Source of the DNA: Diploschistes diacapsis | Taxonomy: Eukaryota | Direction: 5' to 3' | Assembly (NCBI GenBank): GCA_023645945.1 | Contig: JALAIB010000098.1 | Location: 1-32,701, forward strand | Length of the DNA stretch: 32,701 nucleotides | In this document: one piece after another, positions 1 through 9,922 of the stretch | Layout: each line of letters begins with the position of its first letter | Position numbering within the stretch: position 1 is the stretch's first letter | Notes under the pieces: generated by a model | What the model was told of the DNA's origin: nothing | What the model saw: the letters and a program-made list of their open reading frames with translations, nothing else | Database searches by the model: none | Made by a program: the position numbers and the translations under genes

Positions 1-551
1 TTTTCGATAAAAACTTAAAATGCTCCGAAATTTTTTTAAAATAACTAAAACGATTAAAAAGGTTCTTACGGAAGTTACGTTTCTAGCGACAAAAAATAAG
101 AGGTTTAAAAAAGTCTCGACATATCATTAAAAACATAAACGCACTATCGTGATTATAGAAAGTAAATTTTTAACCCCTATAAAAGCTACTAACGCGCGCC
201 AGACGAAAGAATAAGCACTTTACGAGATTAATAGGCAGGAAAGGCAGAAGCAAGCCAAAAAAAGAAACTAGCAGTGCTTCAAACTACTAGAATGTATAAG
301 AATAAGAAGATAATCCCGAAAGGAAGGCTGGTTATTTTAAAAAAATTTCTTGTCGCTAGCGTCGTCGACGCTAGCGATTAAACATAATAAGATAAATCTA
401 TAAAATCAGATATAGCTACTATTCGATCTACAGGGCTTCAAATTAATCACTTTAAGAAATATTTCATTTTAAATATTTACTATTATAGTTTTGTTATTGT
501 ATCACGTGCTCGGTAACTAGGGTCTGCTCGGGTACTAAAGTCACGACTCTA
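1..551 (+). mobile_element. Degenerate (RIP-like) DNA transposon remnant, probably the right end of a pogo/Fot1-like element, truncated by the window edge
   Basis: Strongly AT-rich with many TpA dinucleotides and no ORF, against more balanced flanking DNA. Segment 506-548 read on the minus strand (AGTCGTGACTTTAGTACCCGAGCAGACCCTAGTTACCGAGCAC) starts AGTC and has two internal CCGAGCA repeats, resembling Fot1-family terminal inverted repeats. A TA follows at 550-551. The family call is inference. Confidence 0.55.
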
Positions 552-1107
552 CTATAGAGATAATAAGGATACATCGGGAGATATAATTGTAACTCGGAGG
601 AGGAGAAGTGGCGTGTCCCTGGCACACGTGACAAAAGCGGAGTAGAAACCCGCTTAAGTCCGGGCGGTGTTCCTTATTTCCAGCAGATTGTGATGTGAGC
701 CTGAAGTTACATCGTCGTCTCCGTAACTACATTACAAACCATTCATGCACTGTGTAGACTCCAAAAAGCTAAGCAATGGTAGAGGAGTAGACCTCTTTAC
801 TCGAGAGAATTGTAGTTACACGGAATTTAAAAAGGCAAAGGTAGAAGGGTAAGCGGTAGCTCAGTGGTAGACTACTCAGAATAACAAGAATCGAAAAGGA
901 CTCTCTCACGTGGTCTGCCTTGCCCCCACCGAGCGCCTACTACTACTAACTACACTACTAAAAGCTTACTTCCGCGCTCCACTCGTCATTAAGAAGCGGG
1001 AGCGATACCTAGACGTTCCCTCAATTTCTCTCTCTCCTCTTAACCATACCCGCTTCCTTCTTTCCATCAACCTTCATCAAATATCTTCGAGATTTGATCC
1101 AGAAAAA

Positions 1108-3705
1108 ATGGCCTCTACTAATGATTTAATCTCGATCAAGCTTCAGCTTGTGTCCGAGAACCGACGTCTTAAGCTTCCGCTTCGTGAGCTGGCTCCAAGT
1201 GTCTTGCCGCAGAAGGTTTGTGCCGCCGCAGTCATCAGGCTCTTCTCAATCGAAACTCATCATGCTGATCTCGACATAGCTCCGTCAGTTCCTGGCTATT
1301 CCAGAGTCGAAGAATGTCGTGTTCGAGCGGTACTCCGATAGTGCTGGGAACTATGTTGTACTCGACCCTCACAATCAGGCTGTTTACAAGCAACTTTACC
1401 GTGCAGCAAAAGCAAAGACCAAGCTTCGAATTAAAGTCATCATAAGCGATGCAACTGAAGTCGCCGCTCCTCAATCCAGCGAAGTCACAAGCATATCCGA
1501 GGTCACGCTTGCTCCGACCCTGCTACCTCTCCATCCAGCATCCGATGCTCCAAAGGAACTCCCCACAGCAACCTTTGCCAAAAGCGCGGAGCCTCGTCCC
1601 AAGTCAGAGAAGAAGGCAACTTTGGAAGCCCCGCCCAAATATGAAGTCCAGCCTACCCAACCAAAGTTGGAGGAGGCTCCTCTGCCAAGGGCCTTTGCAC
1701 TTCGGGACCAGCTCTATGAGGATTTGGCGGACGCAGCCAAGCTTAGGACTACTGCACTACGTGCTAAGGACCAGACCCTCCAGGTTCCTTTGACTTCTTT
1801 CACTGTGCAGTGCAATCACTGCAGCACAAACATTCCGGGCCCTCACTGGCACTGCACCATTTGTGATAGCAGCGATTTCGATCTGTGTCTGGCATGCATC
1901 GAGTCCGGCTTCCATTGCGATGTAGATTCCCATTATTTGATCAAACGCACCATCGAGAATGGAAGGGTCAAGTACAGTACTAGCACCATTGTCGACAAGA
2001 AGACCTCGAAGCCTGACCCCAAGGTCGAGGAAGTCAAGAAAGAAAAGTCCGGGCACCTTGAGGACGACACGCTCGAAACTCATGCCAAGGAAGCAGCCCC
2101 GCGTGAGCCTCTGCTCACTCGTACTTGCAACTGCTGCGTCAATGGTGAGTCACTGCTGAATGCTGTACATATGCCGAGATGGCTAAACATTTTGCAGAAT
2201 ACGAGGAATTCATGTTTGTCACTTGTTTGAACTGTGAGGACTACGACCTGTGCTTCTCTTGCCACTACAATCTGAAGCACGAACATGACCCCAACCACGC
2301 CTTCGCTGTTGTTTCTCAGTCCACTCGACTTGACGAAGCAGGGTCACTTTTGTGCAGCCCTGGTCGAAACTTGCGCCACTTTGCAACCTGTGATGGCTGT
2401 GACAAGGTATGTGCTCTTCCGAAACGATGGATAACCGAAGCTAACATACAACAGAGCATTCACGGCGTTCGTCACAAGTGCCTGAGCTGCCCTGATTGGG
2501 ACTACTGCACTACTTGCGTCAAGAGTGCCCTTCATACCCACCCAGGTCACCGCTTTGTACCCATTTACGAGCACATCGCTGGGCCCGTTGCCCGTCTTGT
2601 AACACACCACCAGATCCGTTGCGATGGGCCGCTTTGTAAGAACAAGACGACCTACATTCGGGGCGATCGCTACAAGTGTGCTGTGTGCAACAACACTGAC
2701 TTCTGTGCCGGCTGCGAGGCTCTTCCGAGCAACTCACACAACCGGACTCATCCCATGATTAAGTTACGCACGCCGGTCCGAAACGTCTCTGTCACTACCT
2801 TCGGCGAGAAGGAGAACGGCGAGTCGATGAAGACCATGGGGGATCAGATCCCGCAAACCATTTCCAAGTCGACGGAGACAACTCCGGCGCCCTCCGCTAA
2901 TGCCGCAACCCAGGTTCAAACCATGGCTGAGACCACACCTAGCATCAAAGTCTATGAAACCCAAGCGAAGATGGAAGAAACAAAGCAAGAGAAGACGGAA
3001 GTTTCCACGCCCAAGCCAATAAAGAACGTCAAAATTGAGCGCACATCGTCTCCGGCACCGCCTACGTTCGATGCTCACTTCGTGCGTGACGCTATTGTTG
3101 ACGGTTCCAAGCTTCCCGCGGATCGTTTAGTCCACCAGGTCTGGGTTTTACGTAACCCTGGTCCGCTTGTCTGGCCCGCTGGCTGCAGTGTCAAGTACAT
3201 TGGCGGAGACAACATGTTAAACATTGACTCCACACATCCCGCCAGCACCAGCGACCTGGACAACGCTACCCAAAGCAATGCGATCCCTCAGACGGTTGCC
3301 GTCGGAGAAGAGGTTTGCTTCTCAGTCACTCTAAAGACTCCCAACCGTCTTGGAAAGTCCATCTCCTACTGGAGGCTGAAGACTGCCGACGGGATCCCAT
3401 TCGGCCACAAGCTCTGGTGTGACATTGATGTTGTCGAATCGGAAGAGGACCGACCAGAGAACAAGGTTTCGGAGAGTCAGATGATCTTCCCAACTCTTGA
3501 AAAGGAATCCCCAGCTTCGAGTACCGTTGTCACCGAAGCGCCGGAGCCTGCTCCGTCTGTCAGCACCAACGACCGTGAACTTGAAGAAGACCTTGAGAGC
3601 CTAGGTCTTGGAGACTCCGAGACTGATGATGGGTTCCTCACTGACGAGGAATATGAGATGCTGGATGGAGAGACTACCGAGGAGGCAATCAATGGCCGGA
3701 AGTAG
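1108..3705 (+). CDS. NBR1: NBR1-like selective autophagy receptor (N-terminal PB1-like region, four ZZ zinc fingers, FW/Ig-like domain, C-terminal acidic LIR/AIM)
   Basis: Exons 1108-1215, 1280-2144, 2198-2406, 2455-3705 join in frame through GT-AG introns. ZZ motifs: CNHC..CTIC..CLAC, CNCC..CLNC..CFSC, CDGC..CLSC..CTTC, CDGPLC..CAVC..CAGC. FW motifs: QVWVLRNPG..WPAG..SYWRL..FGHKLWCDI. LIR-like DEEYEML. Confidence 0.88.
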
Positions 3706-4520
3706 AGCCAGGATAAGGCCCTCGCCCTGCCTCATCCATACATCTGCCAACTATGGCTCCACCAATCCACGGCTGCTCGAGCAGGCTCATTCCTTCAACG
3801 ATGGAGTTGCATGCGTGCCACTGCTTTTTGGGATATTTGTTCGCTATAGTTTGAATTTTTCTTTACCAGATTGAAGCGGCAGTCTCTCGCTCTCAGCAGC
3901 ACCAGTTCTACTTGATGAATCGCCTTTGTTGGTGAGGATCACTGGTCTTCAAGGCTGTATGCAAGTTTTATACGGATCAAGCAGCCTTGCCTTTTGCACA
4001 CCAACGACCTCCCTTTGCGTGCTTTCTCTAGCCTTTCCTGCTAGTGCATGCCCTGTATCTCGCAGTTTATTAGGTAGACAAATACGATCACATCTCTTTA
4101 TATTACCACAGTGAACTTTGTGTTGGGGTCAGCTTGACTGGCTGGCCAATATTGAAGCATTCTACATTGGTGTGGTGTGCCGTAGTCTACACTTGTCCAT
4201 GAAGAGGCATCGCATCTATGCATAAGCTATTTTCCCCCTATGCTTGTGTTTGCGAGAGGTATAAGCGGATGGATTACTTCTGATAAGTATGAAATGTGCT
4301 TCAGAATGTTTTTACAGAACCTCATACGTCGACATGCCCTTGGCTTGCAAAGTGGAGCTGTTTTTTCTTCCGAATTACAAATTTCTTTATTCATAGTTTA
4401 GCAAAGGATAGCTGTTGTGGGGGAAAACTGGCTCCTACCTGGGGAAGCCATACATATGGCTTTGGCGATCTAACATCCCAACAGCTCTTTCATCTGAACA
4501 TAGAGGCCATTGCAGCCCAT

Positions 4521-4521
<1 letters not shown>

Positions 4522-4551
<30 letters not shown>
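4522..4551. repeat. (TTG)10 microsatellite
   Basis: Perfect trinucleotide run in the intergenic region. Confidence 0.95.
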
Positions 4552-5438
4552 AAATTTCACTTGGTGGATCCAAGATCATACGCTTGGCTCTGAGTGCGTG
4601 ACCCAAGTTTGCTGAGATCCTAGAGATGCTAACGGTCAATAGATTGGAAATCCTGGACTCAAAGCATACCAGCCTTTTGATAGTCCCAGAACAGGCAGTC
4701 CTGTTGTAACAGCACAATCAACATGTGGGACAGTATTCCTGACCCCAGAAGTGTAGGGCGAACACTACGCCACCGGCCTCTATCGAGGCTTGTTGGGGGC
4801 ATGGTAATGTATAGGTGCGTCAGTCTCCGTGCAGACACCAACGCAGGGCACAGGGCACAGGGAAGTAACTCTGGGAATTGGATCCGGCCGGCATGAGACA
4901 GGGGGCTCGATGTTATACAGAAGCATCCACCTGGTTTACGAGAGAATACTTATCACCGCTCGAAGAAAAGGCCTTAAAAAGCAGTTCAGAACGATATGCA
5001 AGCTCACGCACTTGAAACTCAAAGCTCCTCGTTTCAACACCTGCAAGAGCTAAGGAAGATCATCCTATCTAGAAGGCCTTGCCATTGAGCAAGGGGGCTC
5101 AAACCGTGCCCTACAAACGCAAAGCCCCAGCTGCCAAGATGGGGGAGTAATATCCCATATCTGCGTTTTTGTGGCCTAACAAGTTCCGGAAGCACATACG
5201 GGAAAAGCGTTACGGATCATCATCATTCACAACGTAAGCATTGAAACATGCTCATCCTTAGCTGCGCTACTGGAGGTGGGCCGTATCTATCTCTGGCATG
5301 TGTTGATCTTCGAACCTGATCTCGGTAGTCGCTCTGAGTATGGTGCACGATGTATGGAGACATTCCCTTGCTGGCTTTTTATGTATCAAAAAGTCGAAGG
5401 ACGGTAACCAGGATCTCGCGAAGCGTCCGTGGGCTGTA

Positions 5439-5468
5439 TCGCTCGTCGCTCGTCGCTCGCCGCTCGTC
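5439..5468. repeat. Short 7-bp tandem repeat (TCGCTCG) x4
   Basis: tcgctcg tcgctcg tcgctcg ccgctcg tc, upstream of the transcription factor gene. Confidence 0.85.
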
Positions 5469-6321
5469 TTCCGCTACGGTCTGGCAGCCTCTTGTGGAAA
5501 CCGTTTCATATCTTCAAACAAAGTTTTGTCGGAAGAGCAGCATGTTGCAGTGCCAAGTCCTTGCATCGACAGGTTGTTTTCGTCACATCGCTGGTGGATT
5601 CGAATTGCCGTAAACGGAAAACTCTATGTATACAAGCACTAAAGTGCAGTCTGGTCACTCACAGCCCCAGGAGAAGAAGCGTCCAGGTAACGTAGTCCAG
5701 TCAGTGCAAGGACTAGCTGTTACTAGGGTAGCAGTTGAATCAAGATGGCGTTGTTGCTCAGTATCGTAAACAACATTAATTGAATCGTCCCATCTCAACC
5801 CTCTTTATTTGTACTTACTGTGATATACTTGCTTCATTCGACGTTTGACGCCGCCTTTGAGGCTCATCCCATCCCATACAACCTTGGCATCAGGGAGAGA
5901 AGTCTTGAAACGGGTTAAGCCACGAGCCCTCTCTGGGGTTTTAGTCTTTCTTTTCAATTTGGCATTTTCTGGCCAGCTGTACTACTGTTTAACCTCTGCA
6001 ATGCGATGTAAGTTTCATGCTATAGTCTAAGCAAAAGCATTTTGCCTTCCAGCAGCCGAAACGTCAGTTCCTGTATATAGTATAGATCGCTGGATGTATC
6101 CGTATGTTTCCTTAAACTAATATAGATTTTATAAAGTTACTTTCCCAATTACAATATTTCGCTGTTACTCTATCCCCTCGGTCTCAGTCTTGCGTGCTGG
6201 TGATTCCGAAACTGCTTTCTCTTGGTCCTTACGCTTATACTAAAGCAGGTGTCTTTCAGTCTGTCTCCTGTCCCGACCCCTTGCCTCTTCCATATATCTC
6301 CGGCTTAGCATCGCTGCTTCA

Positions 6322-6484
6322 GGTTCGTGGCAATGCAGTCTGCTTCTGTCGAGAATGAGTCAAAGTTCATATCCTTGGAGGAAGACGGGATTGCCGAGGG
6401 CATCACAGACCGGTTCGTGGCAACGGATTCAATTCCTGTCGAAATTGAGCCGAAGTTCATGCCCTCGGAAGGAGACGGGATTGC
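6322..6484 (+). repeat. Diverged 90-bp-period tandem duplication over the 5' end of the Zn2Cys6 gene
   Basis: 6322-6394 aligns ungapped to 6412-6484 at 57/73 identities (hand count). Confidence 0.9.
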
Positions 6485-8843
6485 TAGGCGCAATTCGCAT
6501 GGGAACAAATCACGGTTGAGAAGGGCTTGCGATTCCTGCTCGATCCGCAAAGTAAAGGTAATCAAACCTAGGTCTCCTGAACTGTCTCTGTATGCTACGA
6601 ATTATGGTTGGGGGAGAACAGACATACTCGGGTTGTACCAAAGGCTCGTTCCTCGTTTCTAACGTTGTACCGCAGTGCGATGAATCAGGGCCTCCGTGTC
6701 AGGCATGTATGGCTTTGGAGATACCTTGCACCTATCAACGCCCGACTCGCAGGCGCGGACCTCCCAATAGGCATGCGGAGGCTATAAAGAGGAAAACAAC
6801 GTTTCTTGAATATGATCTATCGCCTCCGTCTTCTACGAACTCCGACAAAAGTAGAACATCGGCTTCTGCCCCTCTCTCGGCCAAGTCCATCTGTCCTTGG
6901 CCGCTACTCTCTCTACTCGTTGACGATTACTTTACCTACGTCCATCCTTTAATCCCATTTCCTCACGAGCCGTCCTTTCGGACTGCTTTGCAAGGCCGGG
7001 ACGACGTTCGCGACCCGAAGACCTTGGCGTTGTTAGCTGCGATGATAGCTGCTCTAGTGGCTTCGTTTCCCCGAAAACCCCGTCAGCATCTGAAAGCGTT
7101 ACGCAACGAAAGTCTCTTCCCCAGCTCGATTAGTCTCGTCGAGCGCTGCCACAACGTGGCTGCAGAGGCACGCGGACCCGGCTATCTGAACCGAGATACT
7201 TCTCTCTTCGATGCCTTTACGAGTCACCTGCTCGCGTTGAGCCTGGGCTACACCTTTCAGCTCCAGCAGACGAAGCTATACCTTAGCGAATGCCAGTCTA
7301 TCCTCCGGACTCTCGGCTATCATAAAGCCGAACAGACTGCACCAGGCGCTAAAGGTTCCGCGGACGGCGGAGCGGCTTCGCAAGATTTCATTACTCAGGA
7401 AATGGGGCGACGAGCCTTCTGGTCCTACTATGTAGGAGCAAGGTCCATACAACAATTAGGCGGATCTCTCGCCGAGTTCTATATTCCACCGGAGACTGCC
7501 ACAGCACCGTACCCCCCGCTCCCATTGGAGGTCGACGATCATTGCATTCTCTCCGATCGTATTCTGCCTCAACCTGCTGGTATAGTTTCCGTGATCACCG
7601 GCTTCAACGCCAATGTCAGGGTACGTTCAGAGCTTTCTATACTTGATTCATTATTCGATTAGGTACTGGAACGTGAGAGAGCACATTGAACTTTTCGCCA
7701 AATCACCACCATTAACGCTGTCCCAAGAATAGTCGTATCCACTCCACCCTAACATCTCGCCTGAGTCGAACTGACTAGTTTCACTTGCCACAGGTCTATC
7801 AATCCTATGACGCACTAAACATTATCGATCTATCTTATGGCACCGGTAACAGTATTGGATGGGACTGGCAACGGATGATGATACAAAGAGCTCTTGGGAC
7901 GTGCAGACGTGCCTTGGATGGACTGCCCCCCGAACTGAAATTGACCCCAAACACCAACACGCTGAACTTTGGCCCAAGCTCTTGTGTTAACGCTGCCGGT
8001 CCGAACCGGTATTTCTCCGGTGGTGCTTTTGCTCCAGATCCCGCCTCACCGCAGGGAGATTTCAATGAGGCCCGAAGACGAAAGCAGTACGGGCTCCAAA
8101 AGGCTAATGTCTACATATCTCAACTCGGCACTAGGTCACACATTGTGGAGAAGTACTGGAGTCTCCACGAGCTTAATCATCGGCGGTCGGCACAGTTCCA
8201 CAACGCTGCCGCTTCCATCCGAAGCCAGGCTTTATTCCCGCAGAATATGACAGAACCAAGGCCAGGCATGGAGATGCCAGTGCCCCAAATGGCCAATGCT
8301 GCTGGATATTCGGCCTCATCAGTGCAGCAAGGTCTGCTGCAAGACCCTGAAAGTGAGGAGATGGAGATCGAACGGGGGCACGTAATTCGCGACCTACTGA
8401 TGGTGTTGTCTTCGATCAGTCGGGCCAATATGGAGGCAAACGGAGCCAGCGTCGTGAGTGTTCATGTTTGCTGCCTGCCCGCGGGCTGCTATGCCGTGGA
8501 CCTCTGAAGCACTAACTCTCCATTCTTTCTCTCCTAGATCTTCAAAATCCGCATGATGGCAAGCACGCTACTCGACGTGCCGCGGACTCGGAAGGGCGCA
8601 CTAGCTCTGCAAGCCGACGAGTATCTGGCTCATTTCCTGGACATACTGATGAAGCTGGAGCGTGACCCCGCCATCAAGACTGAGGCGGACGAAAGTGACG
8701 AGCACAGCGGTGCGAGCAACGCAGCGAATCCAGAAATGGATGCAGCTGCCGCAGAAGCCGAAGAGGAGGCCGAGCTCGGACACTGGGCTAACCTCAGGGA
8801 ATACCAAGAGCGGTTCATGAAGTCTGGAGGATTTTTTGCCTGA
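6333..8843 (+). CDS. Zn(II)2Cys6 fungal transcription factor with fungal-specific TF middle homology region
   Basis: Exons 6333-6557, 6676-7620, 7794-8453, 8538-8843. The binuclear cluster RACDSCSIRKVK|CDESGPPCQACMALEIPC is split by intron 1. Also YFTYVHPLIPFPHEPSF and QEMGRRAFW motifs. An alternative start is the ATG at 6459. Confidence 0.88.
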
Positions 8844-9348
8844 GACGCCCTTTCCTCACCGAGGTGGCGGTCCAGTCCAGCCGGGGAAATCACGGGAGCC
8901 TTTCAGGAGATATGTGCCTATCAGTCGTGAGGGGGGGAACAAAAGTTGAGAGAAAGCCCAGTATTTTACCGGCCGGAAAGAGATCAAGAAAGACGAAAGG
9001 GCCCCCACCCGCTCCAACGCCCTTGAAGCTAATTAGCCAGGTCGAAGAAGGTGACCGACACATTGCAGTCCCACCGGCCCATGTCTTCCAGACAAACCTG
9101 CCACAAGCCCGATGAAAGAATCCCACGGCCCCGTTCGCGTGTCACCAAGACAAAGCCAAAACAGAGAGCTGGCGCCAGATACACAACCGTTGCCACCGCC
9201 GAAGCCGAAGCCTCCTCCGAAATCGAAGGAGAAGGTCAAGGTGCTTTGATTGCCACAGGTAGCACGTGGGGGGTTTGGTTGGGGGTTCCAGAGAGAACAT
9301 TGGATTGTTTGTGCTGGCCGAGGATCGGTAGGTGTGCGTATATGTGTA

Positions 9349-9372
9349 TGTGTGTGTGTGTGTGTGTGTGTG
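9349..9372. repeat. (TG)12 microsatellite
   Basis: Perfect dinucleotide run between the convergent TF and SEC24 genes. Confidence 0.95.
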
Positions 9373-9819
9373 TCCAACGAGACAGAAGAGTAAGAGGACT
9401 CCGTCCCGCCGGGCTGTTGATCCCCGCAGCAAGGAGACGAACGCGGCCATGACGGGTGGGGGAGACGTGACGGCTCCATAGGAGCAACATACATCGTGAT
9501 AGAAGAGAAAGGAGGGGAGGGGGCATGTACAAAGCAAGCAAGGACAAATGCATGCATATTCGCTGGGCAAATCTATCCATTCCATAGGATCTCATGCAAC
9601 GCTCAAGATCCATCCTGGTGGGGGGGAGGGATACAGCGAGCCGCCAGAGCCCGGAAGGTATCTAGTCGTTCTGGATCGTGTTCTCTAGATAACCCGAAGC
9701 CCCATTCATCTACCACATAGAAAAACAGATAGAGGGCAGGTGGGCAGGCGGCGCGTACGTAAGGCACACTCTCACAGCGCCAATCAAGTATCCCCCCCCC
9801 CATCGATCCCCTGCTTGAA

Positions 9820-9848
9820 CGCGCGCGCGCGCGCACACACACACACAC
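9820..9848. repeat. Compound (CG)7(CA)7 microsatellite
   Basis: Read directly; about 75 bp downstream of the SEC24 stop codon. Confidence 0.95.
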
Positions 9849-9922
9849 TTCCTCCCATTCCCATTCCCATCCCCCTTCCAGTTCCAATTCCGATTACCCA
9901 CCCAGCGAACCACGCCAACTAC

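Noticed and set aside
857..871. TAGCTCAGTGGTAGA, matching a tRNA D-arm/A-box
   Set aside because: The D-stem does not close (GAC instead of GAGC), and there is no GGTTCGA T-loop/B-box or acceptor stem nearby. It is not a tRNA, at most a fragment or chance match.
910..1107. GTG-initiated N-terminal extension of the first ORF
   Set aside because: Eukaryotic gene. The ATG at 1108 has a good AAAATGG context and the upstream stretch looks like a pyrimidine-rich 5'UTR.
7621..7793. Internal TAG|GTACTG at 7660-7668 suggesting a recursive or twin intron in the TF gene
   Set aside because: The donor is weak and the first 42 nt have no convincing branch point. A single 173-nt intron explains the frame.
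9033..9913. Several overlapping ORFs with HTHT/CVCV runs
   Set aside because: They are translations of microsatellites and low-complexity intergenic DNA, with no domain signal.
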